From a virus, in IMG/VR virus record IMGVR_UViG_3300045988_083449, positions 481 through 64,480 of that record: DNA of 64,000 nucleotides, one strand, 5' to 3'. The number at the start of each line of letters is the position of its first letter. The stretch's first letter is position 1. The position numbers and the translations under genes are program-made. The notes below the pieces were generated by a model. The model was given only the letters and a program-made list of their open reading frames with translations. It did no database searches and was not told the origin of the DNA. Below, in pieces: positions 9,589 to 18,427 of the stretch.

Positions 9589-9858
9589 TTAACATCTATA
9601 GTACGGTTTCTTTTTTCTCCATCGTTTGAAACTCTTGTAACGAGCAGATTGATTTTCAAATTTGATTTGATCTTTTCTCCATTCGTCCTCCTGCATACGA
9701 ACGTATTGGGTATAGAGTTCAACTGCTTTTTCTCTGTCGTGAGTTTGTTCAAGACACGCATACCAAATCTTATCGAGCGACATTTTCCTTAGCCTCAAAC
9801 AAATCTCACGAGCAGTGGGGCTGAGTTTCATTGCTTCTTCGATAGGGATGATGCCCAT
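9589..9858 (-). CDS. hypothetical protein
   Basis: 89-aa ORF directly downstream of the vWA gene. It is preferred over the overlapping 9579..9761 frame. Confidence 0.4.
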   Translation of the reverse strand: MGIIPIEEAMKLSPTAREICLRLRKMSLDKIWYACLEQTHDREKAVELYTQYVRMQEDEWRKDQIKFENQSARYKSFKRWRKKKPYYRC

Positions 9859-9859
9859 G

Positions 9860-11824
9860 TTATTTCTCCTCTGCGATGATCTGTGCCATACGGGTTAAGA
9901 CTTTGCGGCTTATGTCTCCACACTCAACTTTAATGTTATCTGCGAACGATGTATCTAATGTAACTCCAAGACCTATTCCGAAAAGATGAATCCTATTTTT
10001 ATCTGCAAATTTCTTACAGTTAATGGATAAGTATTCCTTTACATCAGAGTCAAGATCACCGTCAGTAAGGACGATAAGAATCTTTTTCTTGGTCAGCATA
10101 CTTGCTTGGCGAAGCAATAAGATAGTTACAGCTTCAGCAATTGGTGTGTAGCCGAAGCCACAGTGTGAGTTAAACTCCAATCTTTCTTTGGTAACTGGTT
10201 GGTCAATCCTTTCGCTTAGTGTTTTTATTGCGGTGAGATTGCGAAATATCTTTGCACCTGTTGCCTTCGATTCAAAAAGAACATCTCTTCCATGTCCGGG
10301 AAAGGCAAAGATTTCAGTTCGACATCCCACAGATTCACAAGCCTTGCATAACACGTAGGCTGTTTTAGTTGATTCAAACATCCTTTCCCTTCCCATCGAA
10401 CCGCTTGTATCCATTAAGAATGTGACGGTTGTGTCCATCTCTCTTCCGTCTTTGCGATTCCTGTATACATAAGGGCTGCCAGTCACAGCTTCAACGAGGC
10501 GTTTTGAATCGAGCTTTCCTCTTAAGGCTCCGCTCTTCATGTCAACATCGTTACGAGCCTGTAAAGCTATCTCTAATCCACGCTTAGCCTTGATTACATC
10601 ATCCCTCACAGCGTCGAATAATTTGTCAGCGTTATCGGAATTTAAATCGCCACGAAAATCGTAGTAAATTTCATAGCTATTTACTTTCTCTGTAAACTTC
10701 GACGAATAAGGAAGGTCTTCCTCGCTGCCAAGCTCGGCACTAATATCATTGACCAATGCTTTCTGTGCTGCCTCCTTATCGAAACGATAAATTTGCGTCT
10801 CCTCATTTCCCATTCCTTTGCCTTGGCTGGAGGATGTGTTCTCTTTCTTTTGCTGATCAGCTTTGCCCTCTTGAGCTTGACCTTGATCAGCATTTTCTTC
10901 AGCGTCAGCCTTAGATTTATCCTCAGCCTTTAGTTTGTTCGAGTCCTTTGTTTCTTTTCCTTCTTCGCTTTGGCCCTGTTGATTGGGATTCTGAGAAGCA
11001 GAAAGCTGTTGATCAATCAACATCGCTTTGCCGTTTTTCTTTTTGTTGTTTCCTTGTGTCTGTTGTTGCTGTTGCTCCTTCTGTTCTTGTTGTTGGTTCA
11101 GCTTATCAACTTCAGCAATGAAAGCAGGAACCAGTGAGAACACTTTCTTAACGCCGTCTAAAGAAACCTGCTGATCAACACCGTGAGGTGTCCATCCTGT
11201 AGGAACTGAGTTGATTTTCTGTGCCCATCTATCTGCAAACTGTTTCCATTTATCGGAAGCAGTATCGTAAATATCAAACAGCGGGTCATATTCAAATCTG
11301 GCAGTCATACGTGCACGAGCCATCGTCACCATGTGTGCGTAGTACAACGGCTCATACAATGTCTCAGCGGTTACATCCTTGCCTTTCTTTTTCCATTTCT
11401 CCTGCTCCTTCTTAATGGTTTCAAGAATGTCTTCGCCTAGACTTTGATTCACAGCGTGAATGTTAGAAGCCATGCCGAAGTATGCTTCGTTAGCGCAACG
11501 TTCTATACGTATGTCTTCCAGGCAATTGAAGGTGAGTTTCTTGTCTATCTCATTGTTATCTACCCAACTCTTAATCTTGCTTTTTGAATAGTCCTTCATG
11601 TGAGAAAGTAAGATGTGCATTGTTTCATGGTCTCTGTAACCCTGAAAGATTTTCATTTGTTTGTCAGAGATATTTCCAAACGGAGGAAGAGAAGGCAGCG
11701 TAATCGTTGAGCCATCTGTGTAAGCACCATCTCCTGAGAAACGAACTTTAATACCGTTGTTTCTTCCAACGGCTTTTGATGTGTCACACGTTGCTTGAAT
11801 AAATCTACTGTTGTTCATGGTCAA
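9860..11824 (-). CDS. von Willebrand factor A domain protein, CobT-like
   Basis: MIDAS motif in FLMDTSGSMG and a later LTDGD. It has a central Q/K/E low-complexity linker and is paired with the CobS-like AAA gene. Confidence 0.7.
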   Translation of the reverse strand: MTMNNSRFIQATCDTSKAVGRNNGIKVRFSGDGAYTDGSTITLPSLPPFGNISDKQMKIFQGYRDHETMHILLSHMKDYSKSKIKSWVDNNEIDKKLTFNCLEDIRIERCANEAYFGMASNIHAVNQSLGEDILETIKKEQEKWKKKGKDVTAETLYEPLYYAHMVTMARARMTARFEYDPLFDIYDTASDKWKQFADRWAQKINSVPTGWTPHGVDQQVSLDGVKKVFSLVPAFIAEVDKLNQQQEQKEQQQQQTQGNNKKKNGKAMLIDQQLSASQNPNQQGQSEEGKETKDSNKLKAEDKSKADAEENADQGQAQEGKADQQKKENTSSSQGKGMGNEETQIYRFDKEAAQKALVNDISAELGSEEDLPYSSKFTEKVNSYEIYYDFRGDLNSDNADKLFDAVRDDVIKAKRGLEIALQARNDVDMKSGALRGKLDSKRLVEAVTGSPYVYRNRKDGREMDTTVTFLMDTSGSMGRERMFESTKTAYVLCKACESVGCRTEIFAFPGHGRDVLFESKATGAKIFRNLTAIKTLSERIDQPVTKERLEFNSHCGFGYTPIAEAVTILLLRQASMLTKKKILIVLTDGDLDSDVKEYLSINCKKFADKNRIHLFGIGLGVTLDTSFADNIKVECGDISRKVLTRMAQIIAEEK

Positions 11825-11827
11825 TCC

Positions 11828-13825
11828 TTAGAAAACATTCTTGTAAGCCTTAGTGTTGTCAATGCCAAAGGCAACCTGAGCAAGGGAGAGAATTGAATCA
11901 ACTGCGTCCTTGTCTGCTGAAGCAATAACAACTGCTTGTAATGCGACACGGGTTGCCTTTGCGAAGTCGTACTTAGCAACGGCCATCAAGAAGCTTGTCT
12001 TCTTAGCAAATTGAAGCTCTCTTCTTGGAGAGAATGAAACGGGGATTGTTCCGTTAATAAATCTGTCTCTCATACAACGAGCAAACTCAGTGATGGAATC
12101 AATCTGCTTATCGTTTAAGTTTCCTACCGAGCCTGAATCTTTTAGCAGTTTCTTTTCACTTACCTTGCTTAGATAATCAACCTCAATCCACGTTGTGAAT
12201 CTATCCAAGGTAGCTGCTGAAAGAGTTCGACAAGCAGGATATAGATTGAACTGATCACCGTTGCCTTTGGTGTTTCCTGTTGCAATGATTCGAGACATCG
12301 GATGGAAGTGAATCTCTCTAGCCTTAGTGCCAGTATCATCATTGGATTCAAGAACGAACTTAGTCTTATGTTCAAGCACATCCTGCATAACGTAAAGAGA
12401 ATCGGGCCTTGCACAATCAAGCTCGTCACACAGGAGAACGTAACCGTTAGGTAAGGATTGTTCCAAAATGCCCGGATTAAACTGAGACTTAGTACCTCCT
12501 TTACCATCGGAGATCAAAGTCGTTGTTCCCATGAGTTCGTACCGATCAATCGCATGATCGAATGCAACTCTGATCAAAGGATAGTTCAGCTTTGCACATA
12601 CCTGTTCAATCAACGTGGTCTTACCTGTGCCAGTGTGTCCGGACAACCAAATGTTTTCACCGTTAGCTATGCCTAACAGCAGGGGCAATAGAGTTTCAAC
12701 GTTGAAGACATAGTTAGGATTGATCTCAGGTACGTGAGGATGTTTGCCGTTCCATTCATAACCCTGCACTGTGAAGGAAATCTTTTTCTTCTTAAGCTCG
12801 GGGAATAGATTGGCAACGTCGTAAAGTTTTGTTGTTCCGCTCGGGATTGTTGCGTCTGTTGAATGAATTTCCAAGTTGGCAACTGATTGATTAGCAGACA
12901 GCGTTGCGATCTGAGTAGTAAGTTCTGATACTTTCTGCTCTAAGGTTTTAACTTCTTCCTTTTTACCTGCACATTCATTGGCTAATGCAATAAGCTCGGA
13001 TGCAGAAGGAGCACCAGTGGGTTTTAACACTGCGTCAATAATGTTCTTTTGATTGTCGGTAAGAGTAAACATGGTTGTTCCTTTAGTTGCAGGTTCTAAT
13101 TCACGAATGCCAACTCGAGTGGATAACTTGGATAGGCCATTGATTAACGCAGGAAATAAACTGTTGGTATCAATGGGGTCGTGGTTATCAACCGAGAATA
13201 AAAGGTTGGTGTACTCGTTGCTGTCGTAGCAGTAGTTGTTGTCGCCGTCTTTGTAGAAAGGGAAGGGCGGAAGAGGTTTAGCGTCATCGTAGAAATAAGT
13301 ATCTCCATGTTGATGCTTGTTTACATAATCTCTTACGGAAGCTAGAGATATACCCATCACACCAGTGCCGTCCTTACCCGTACCAAGATTGAAAAAGTAT
13401 GCGTCTATCGCATAGATAATCAGCATCGGATTCTCAGTCAGGACTCCAATTGCACAAGCGAGAAGACTTTGAAAACCGAGCAAGGTAATGAGTAATTGCA
13501 AGGACGGCTCTCCCTGTAAATGAAGATGACACTTATCAGGAAAGTCATTACATAATTTCTTTATGTATGCGTTAATGATTGCAGTGGTGTATGGGTCTAA
13601 TTTTTTAACGACCTCTCTGCAACGATCTGAATACACGGAGAGCGGAGCACCATCAGGTATCAAATTAGCAATGGCTTCATCAATCGCAACTCCCATTTCA
13701 CCAGGAAGGGTGATGGTTTCAATGTCACTCCATGTTATAAGATGGGTGAGAGCGTACTTTTCATCGGCTGAAATTGTTCTTGCGTCGAATCTTTCAATGG
13801 TATTGATATAGGTGTCGTATGTCAT
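11828..13825 (-). CDS. AAA+ ATPase, CobS/MoxR-like, with ~370-aa N-terminal extension
   Basis: Walker A LSGHTGTGKTTL and Walker B VLLCDELD lie in the C-terminal half. I recognise nothing in the N-terminal half. Confidence 0.7.
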   Translation of the reverse strand: MTYDTYINTIERFDARTISADEKYALTHLITWSDIETITLPGEMGVAIDEAIANLIPDGAPLSVYSDRCREVVKKLDPYTTAIINAYIKKLCNDFPDKCHLHLQGEPSLQLLITLLGFQSLLACAIGVLTENPMLIIYAIDAYFFNLGTGKDGTGVMGISLASVRDYVNKHQHGDTYFYDDAKPLPPFPFYKDGDNNYCYDSNEYTNLLFSVDNHDPIDTNSLFPALINGLSKLSTRVGIRELEPATKGTTMFTLTDNQKNIIDAVLKPTGAPSASELIALANECAGKKEEVKTLEQKVSELTTQIATLSANQSVANLEIHSTDATIPSGTTKLYDVANLFPELKKKKISFTVQGYEWNGKHPHVPEINPNYVFNVETLLPLLLGIANGENIWLSGHTGTGKTTLIEQVCAKLNYPLIRVAFDHAIDRYELMGTTTLISDGKGGTKSQFNPGILEQSLPNGYVLLCDELDCARPDSLYVMQDVLEHKTKFVLESNDDTGTKAREIHFHPMSRIIATGNTKGNGDQFNLYPACRTLSAATLDRFTTWIEVDYLSKVSEKKLLKDSGSVGNLNDKQIDSITEFARCMRDRFINGTIPVSFSPRRELQFAKKTSFLMAVAKYDFAKATRVALQAVVIASADKDAVDSILSLAQVAFGIDNTKAYKNVF

Positions 13826-13838
13826 GTTGATTCCTTGT

Positions 13839-14489
13839 TTAATTTGCGGACTTGCTGACTAAGAACGAAACCAGCGTCGCCGTTGTGATTCCGTTGTCGG
13901 TCATTGTTTTGTAGATTGTTTCCATTATTTCCGTAATATTACTATTACTTTCTGTAGTGTTGGAAACAACAGGGGTTTCTTCCGTACTAGAAGGTGTTGC
14001 AGATTCCTGCGGTTCTTTCTCCTGTGTCGTAACAACTTCAGGTTCCTGTTTCTCAGGTTCAACAGGTTCAGGTTTAGGTGCCTCGGCTTGAAGTTCTTGG
14101 ACTTTCTGCTCTTGTTCCTGCTGTTTCTTCTCTGCTTCGGCCTTCTCTTTTGCGTAGTGATTTGTGAGGAAATCTGCTACAGCTTTACTGCAAACCTTAT
14201 AGTCCTCCGTTTCAACCATTTCTTTTGTTAACGTAACGGCTTCTGGAGATGCCTTCTTGATGTGGTTACCAACAAAGTCGGCAACGACAATGAAGTCTTG
14301 GCACAGTTCGGGGTAGAGCTTTGCTTTCTGAGCAACGCGCTTGGAGATACGAGCGTAGAGTTCTTCGAGCAGCAGGATGGAACTGTCAACAGTTTGTTTG
14401 CCGGGGTTCTTGGCCGGGAGTGCTTTGATGATGTCGGTGATAGCGGAGATACGAAGAGCTGTGTATGTGAAGTGTTTACGTGTAAACAT
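13839..14489 (-). CDS. hypothetical protein with an acidic P/E-rich segment
   Basis: 216-aa ORF with an EKKQQEQEQK...PEPVEPEKQEPE low-complexity stretch. Confidence 0.5.
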   Translation of the reverse strand: MFTRKHFTYTALRISAITDIIKALPAKNPGKQTVDSSILLLEELYARISKRVAQKAKLYPELCQDFIVVADFVGNHIKKASPEAVTLTKEMVETEDYKVCSKAVADFLTNHYAKEKAEAEKKQQEQEQKVQELQAEAPKPEPVEPEKQEPEVVTTQEKEPQESATPSSTEETPVVSNTTESNSNITEIMETIYKTMTDNGITTATLVSFLVSKSAN

Positions 14490-14505
14490 ATAAGTACCTT
14501 TAAAG

Positions 14506-14536
14506 AAAAAGGACAGGAACTTTGTGTCCTGTCCTT
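14506..14536 (-). terminator. intrinsic terminator inside the leftward operon
   Basis: A 10-bp stem AAGGACAGGA/TCCTGTCCTT is followed by a U-run on the minus strand. Confidence 0.6.
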
Positions 14537-14559
14537 GGTTGGGATAAAACTAGAAGGGT

Positions 14560-14817
14560 TCAAATTCGTTTGAGATACAGTTGGTTGGCGTAGTCAACCT
14601 TGATCATGTACAGATCATCAGGCGGAAGGACTCCATCCAAGACAGTGATATAAATTCCTGTCTTGATTTTCTTGCAGAGGTAAGCACATATCCTTGCGAG
14701 GTTTACGCAACTCAACTCAGCAGGAGCGGAAGCTAAGACGGCCTCGATGTAGCGCAGGTTGTCACATTGCACCAACAGTGCAGGGAAGTTGGTATCCACG
14801 TAAGTTGCTATATACAT
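14560..14817 (-). CDS. hypothetical protein
   Basis: 85-aa ORF. Confidence 0.45.
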   Translation of the reverse strand: MYIATYVDTNFPALLVQCDNLRYIEAVLASAPAELSCVNLARICAYLCKKIKTGIYITVLDGVLPPDDLYMIKVDYANQLYLKRI

Positions 14818-15254
14818 AGACTGTTCTCCTTGATCACGTCATCGAAGTAACTGTCAAGTTTCTTTGCCAACTTCCTAGCTAAGTCTTTGGCTAAGGTTGT
14901 CTCAAGGATTCCTAGCTTGTTAGCGAAGTCATCTCCGCCGAGTTCGGTGAGGTTTACTTCGTGGTTGTATTCGTCTTCGTACTCGGAGTAATAACCAACA
15001 TCCCAGTCGATGTCGAAGTCAACGATTGTTCCCTTGCCGTAAGGTCTGCGGAAGAACCACAACTTACAGGATGGAAACCGACCAGCAATCTTTTCCTGCT
15101 CTCCGAAGATGCCAAGGAAAACATCAACTCCAAACTCAGGATCGTTTTCAAATCCGCAAACGTCTGCGCATTCGTCAGTCTCAGCAATGAGTTTGTACTT
15201 GTCGTTAAGGTTTGCTTCGTTCCAAATGACGGGTAATAACAGTTCGGTTCTCAT
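14808..15254 (-). CDS. hypothetical protein
   Basis: The ATG at 15254 lies just after the upstream stop. The longer track ORF start at 15308 would overlap the neighbour. Confidence 0.45.
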   Translation of the reverse strand: MRTELLLPVIWNEANLNDKYKLIAETDECADVCGFENDPEFGVDVFLGIFGEQEKIAGRFPSCKLWFFRRPYGKGTIVDFDIDWDVGYYSEYEDEYNHEVNLTELGGDDFANKLGILETTLAKDLARKLAKKLDSYFDDVIKENSLCI

Positions 15255-15256
15255 AA

Positions 15257-15604
15257 TTAACTCTCCATGAATCCGTCTTCCATTGCGCCGTAGTGGGTGA
15301 GCTTCCAACCATCACGGATAACCCATAGACCCATGTCGTAGTAATCTCCGATGTCAGGATCGTCGGTAATGCCGACACCCACACCAGTTGTTTTGTCGAT
15401 TCCTCTCATGACACAGATCAGACCAACCAACCTTGCGAATGCGTAGGAAATGTCACTGTCTAACGGCAAACAACCAAAGAAAGTCTTGGCTAACTGCATC
15501 CATTCTTGGAGTTCTGAATAACCGTTTGACCAATGCACATAGATGTAGGGAACTGGATTGCCTTGAGAAGGTCTTTCAAATGCGAGGATTAAACTTTCGG
15601 ACAT
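15257..15604 (-). CDS. hypothetical protein
   Basis: 115-aa ORF. Confidence 0.45.
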   Translation of the reverse strand: MSESLILAFERPSQGNPVPYIYVHWSNGYSELQEWMQLAKTFFGCLPLDSDISYAFARLVGLICVMRGIDKTTGVGVGITDDPDIGDYYDMGLWVIRDGWKLTHYGAMEDGFMES

Positions 15605-15607
15605 GAT

Positions 15608-15973
15608 TTAACCCATAATAAAAACTTGAACACCGTTGCTTACAACAGAACTGATGATGTCAATCTGCTCTTTAGTAAGAGAAACGCTGTTGCCTTCGTC
15701 GTCGTGACCAATGAGCAAAATGTTTCCTGCCAACTCACGACCACCAATGTAGGTGAGTGCAATCGGAGGCTCTTTCATAAGACCTTCGTCATCAACGTAT
15801 GCATCAATCAACTGATCGCCCAGCTTCAGGGTTGTGCAGTCAAAACATTCGCAGCCAATGAGCTGATACATCTCTTCGAGACAGTCTCGATACGTGACGA
15901 TCTTTGCTTCAGCTTTAGCGTTGTGAGGATTAACAGAAAGAAGAACACCAGTGATTGTCTTAGTCTTTTGCAT
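15608..15973 (-). CDS. DUF3846-like protein
   Basis: The pattern ...IDAYVDDEGLMKEPP...GNILLIGHDDEGNSVSL resembles the DUF3846 family found on phages and plasmids. This is from memory only. Confidence 0.4.
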   Translation of the reverse strand: MQKTKTITGVLLSVNPHNAKAEAKIVTYRDCLEEMYQLIGCECFDCTTLKLGDQLIDAYVDDEGLMKEPPIALTYIGGRELAGNILLIGHDDEGNSVSLTKEQIDIISSVVSNGVQVFIMG

Positions 15974-15985
15974 GATTGCTCCAAT

Positions 15986-16009
15986 AAAAAAGCCCTTCGT
16001 GTGAAGGGC
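15986..16009 (-). terminator. intrinsic terminator
   Basis: GCCCTTC-GTGT-GAAGGGC hairpin followed by a 6-U run on the minus strand. Confidence 0.65.
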
Positions 16010-16010
16010 G

Positions 16011-16307
16011 TTATCTCAAATTAAGTTTGTAACCATCGCCGTACAAGGCGAGTGACATCCGATAGACGGTGTAGAAACGCATATCAGTTCCTACTCCTCT
16101 GACACGAAAGCCTAGGTTTCCTAGGTACTTTGTTTGGAATAACAGTGCTACCATGACCGTGATGTCATTGCCTTCCGAGTTGATCACTCGTACAGTGCGA
16201 GACATTCCGCTCCTAGCGACGCTAGTTATCTCGACGGTAACCTTTGAACCAACAGGACAGCGAAGCTGGAGCCTACGGATAAGTTCTTGCTTGTCTGCTT
16301 TGTTCAT
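16011..16307 (-). CDS. hypothetical protein
   Basis: 98-aa ORF. Confidence 0.45.
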   Translation of the reverse strand: MNKADKQELIRRLQLRCPVGSKVTVEITSVARSGMSRTVRVINSEGNDITVMVALLFQTKYLGNLGFRVRGVGTDMRFYTVYRMSLALYGDGYKLNLR

Positions 16308-16420
16308 ACAAACTCCTTGATTACTTCAACAACACACCACCCTCCGAAGAGTGCGAAGATGACGGGATAAATTTTTGCTTCGAGACGATTTATAAGTTCG
16401 TCGTATTCACGATCTGACAT
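16304..16420 (-). CDS. small membrane protein (38 aa), below the track cutoff
   Basis: My translation is MSDREYDELINRLEAKIYPVIFALFGGWCVVEVIKEFV. It has an ATGA overlap with the downstream gene. Confidence 0.3.
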   Translation of the reverse strand: MSDREYDELINRLEAKIYPVIFALFGGWCVVEVIKEFV

Positions 16421-16421
16421 A

Positions 16422-16556
16422 TCAAAACTCCTTAAACAGCTTGTTGATTTCGTAGAAAGAACGAAGACCTTTCGGCCCATACTTTTGGAGAGCGTCCTTA
16501 CGGACGTTTTCGGAATGAATGCAGTCAGTGACCAACTCTTCCATTGCTTCCTTCAT
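16422..16556 (-). CDS. small hypothetical protein (44 aa), below the track cutoff
   Basis: My translation is MKEAMEELVTDCIHSENVRKDALQKYGPKGLRSFYEINKLFKEF. It fills the gap between neighbouring genes exactly. Confidence 0.3.
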   Translation of the reverse strand: MKEAMEELVTDCIHSENVRKDALQKYGPKGLRSFYEINKLFKEF

Positions 16557-16559
16557 GGC

Positions 16560-16748
16560 TCAGAGGGAATGCCATGCACAACGAAAAGCAGGGTGAAGAC
16601 GAATCGTCTTCTCAGTGGATGGAACCTTGCAGGTGCAGGAGAGAATGAAGAAGTAGTTCTTGCTGGGCTGAAGAACGTGGATCGTGAAATTACCGAGAGG
16701 GGAAACAACGTCGTAGCCACGATCGGTTTTTACATATTTTGCAGTCAT
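16560..16748 (-). CDS. hypothetical protein
   Basis: 62-aa ORF with GGAGGA upstream of the ATG. Confidence 0.45.
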   Translation of the reverse strand: MTAKYVKTDRGYDVVSPLGNFTIHVLQPSKNYFFILSCTCKVPSTEKTIRLHPAFRCAWHSL

Positions 16749-16772
16749 GATGTCCTCCTATGGACAGGAAAG

Positions 16773-16808
16773 AAAAAAGCCATAAGCACTCATGCGAATG
16801 CGTATGGC
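16773..16808 (-). terminator. intrinsic terminator
   Basis: GCCATA(A)GCA ... TGC(G)TATGGC stem with one mismatch and a 10-nt loop, followed by a 6-U run on the minus strand. Confidence 0.45.
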
Positions 16809-16843
16809 TTTGTCCCCTCGTTAGAGGGGAAAGGTTGTGATGT

Positions 16844-17041
16844 TTATGCGGGTTGTTTCCTTACGAAACGAACGGGAAGAGCCGGTGCTTTGTGTGCAGG
16901 TGAAACGTAAGAACGTTTACCGATAAGCTCCCATTGACGTTCGAGGCGACGAGCTTCAAACCAAATCAATGCGAAAGCCTGTTTACTTCCCCAACGTCTG
17001 TACTTCCAGTATTCGTAATTCAATACGGATGGATATGCCAT
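16844..17041 (-). CDS. hypothetical protein (65 aa)
   Basis: The internal Met (MAYPSVLNYEYWKY...) is preceded by AAGGAG. The longer 16844..17224 track ORF would overlap the next gene. Confidence 0.4.
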   Translation of the reverse strand: MAYPSVLNYEYWKYRRWGSKQAFALIWFEARRLERQWELIGKRSYVSPAHKAPALPVRFVRKQPA

Positions 17042-17051
17042 TTGTGTCTCC

Positions 17052-17270
17052 TTACATAGCAAAGAAAACCTTGCGAAGCACGAGCTTCTTGAGGTTGGTG
17101 AGGGATGTGTCCGAGAGGACGAGTTGGATGTTGGATGTGTACAGTGTGACAACGGCGAAGTACTTGCCGCTTCTAAGTGTGAAGTTTGCGTTTGCAATGA
17201 GGCTGTCTTCGTCGTCGAATACAAAGCCGTTATCTTCGATGACGAGGTTGTAGTTGTACGTGCGTGTCAT
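17052..17270 (-). CDS. hypothetical protein
   Basis: 72-aa ORF with an RBS-like AGGAGA upstream. Confidence 0.45.
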   Translation of the reverse strand: MTRTYNYNLVIEDNGFVFDDEDSLIANANFTLRSGKYFAVVTLYTSNIQLVLSDTSLTNLKKLVLRKVFFAM

Positions 17271-17305
17271 GGAATTTCTCCTAAAGTTGTTGTGCTCACA
17301 GGTAT

Positions 17306-17329
17306 AAAAAAAGCTCCCCGAAGGGAGCT
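17306..17329 (-). terminator. intrinsic terminator with UUCG tetraloop
   Basis: Minus-strand RNA reads AGCUCCC-UUCG-GGGAGCU followed by 7 U. Confidence 0.8.
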
Positions 17330-17340
17330 TTGTGTGGGTG

Positions 17341-17736
17341 TTACTTGCTCAGCTTGTTGAGGATGCTGAGGATTTGTGCCTGTGTGTTGGCGATAGAAGC
17401 GATGTCAGCTTCGAGCTTTTCCACACGCTTCGTGAGCGTGTTGGAAGTCTTTGCAACCTGCTTCGTGACCTTCTTGGCAACGGTCTTCGCAGACTTCATT
17501 GCGGGTTTGGACTTGGCGAGTGCGAGTTCGGTTCCGTCCTTGCGAGTGAAGACCAGCGGTTCTTCTCCGAAGAACTTGGCCATCGAGTTGTAAGAGCGAA
17601 TCTTTGCGCTGTTAGCGTGAGCGAGGTTGCGTGTGTTGGCCATACGTCTGCGCATTTCTGTCACGGCTTCGGGCGTTGTAGCGGCGATAGCGATGAGTTC
17701 GAGAGCGGTCATGGATGTGTAGGACTTGTTCGTCAT
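17341..17736 (-). CDS. hypothetical basic protein; first gene of the leftward early operon
   Basis: 131-aa ORF with a Lys/Ala-rich C-terminal half. Overlapping plus-strand ORFs are treated as shadows. Confidence 0.5.
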   Translation of the reverse strand: MTNKSYTSMTALELIAIAATTPEAVTEMRRRMANTRNLAHANSAKIRSYNSMAKFFGEEPLVFTRKDGTELALAKSKPAMKSAKTVAKKVTKQVAKTSNTLTKRVEKLEADIASIANTQAQILSILNKLSK

Positions 17737-17921
17737 GGTGTAACTCCTTCAAGAGTTGGTTAATCATGACCCCAATCTTCACTAGTCCTCTTTGAGGACT
17801 ACGGGTGCATACGCACGAGAGAGGGTGGAGGGTTGTGGATTGAACAGTTTTCCCAATATCAGATTGAAAAACAATATATAAAATCAAAGAAATCGGGACT
17901 GAATCCCCTAAAAAAGGGGTT

Positions 17922-17977
17922 GTGACACTAGGGGGCGTACCCCCGCTTTCGCCTTCGGGCGTCGCATTCAGTGTCAC
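17922..17977. other. 56-nt three-way-junction element in the early/late divergent intergenic region
   Basis: An 8-bp closing stem GTGACACT/AGTGTCAC encloses two hairpins: GGGGG-CGTA-CCCCC and CGCC-TTCG-GGCG. Confidence 0.5.
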
Positions 17978-18016
17978 TTAGTCCCTCTCAAATTTTCACC
18001 AAATTTTTAGAACGCT

Positions 18017-18427
18017 ATGGACACAGGATTAAAGATCGGCAAAGTCATTCTGGTAAACACAGAAGACGAACTCAGGAACCTCGTACACAAATACGACACA
18101 CACAGAACGTTAGATATCGATAACTGTTGCTTAGAAGATGTAAGCGGCTATACGTGTTGCATTCCTAACGAGAAGGAAGGTTTGGTACACGTTGTGTACT
18201 TAAACACAAAGCATGGGTTAGGTCGGGAATACAAACACGACTACATGATGACGGTCATTCACGAAGCCGTACACGTCAAGCAGGGCTATCTCAAGTACAT
18301 CTGTGAGGAGAATCCGGGGGACGAGATTGAGGCTTACTTAGTCGAGGGTATTGTTGATTCTTTGGTTCAGCAGTTTGCAGAGAAGGAGAAGAAATGGAAG
18401 AAGCAGTCCAAACGGAAGATCGCTTAA
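18017..18427 (+). CDS. small protein with HExxH zincin-like motif
   Basis: The VIHEAVHV motif is the only evidence. 136 aa; first gene of the rightward block. Confidence 0.35.
   Translation: MDTGLKIGKVILVNTEDELRNLVHKYDTHRTLDIDNCCLEDVSGYTCCIPNEKEGLVHVVYLNTKHGLGREYKHDYMMTVIHEAVHVKQGYLKYICEENPGDEIEAYLVEGIVDSLVQQFAEKEKKWKKQSKRKIA

Noticed and set aside
10900-11100. Q/K/E-rich low-complexity DNA in the vWA gene as a possible repeat array or CRISPR-like feature
   Set aside because: It is in-frame coding low complexity with no spacer-repeat periodicity. No CRISPR array is visible anywhere in the window.
16844-17977. Long or overlapping ORFs 16844..17224(-), 16969..17253(+), 17124..17360(+), 17330..17593(+), 17332..17763(+) and 17612..17977(-)
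   Set aside because: They overlap better-supported, RBS-preceded minus-strand genes or cross terminator hairpins and the intergenic structured element. Their translations are Ser/Thr/Cys/Arg-rich shadow-like sequences.
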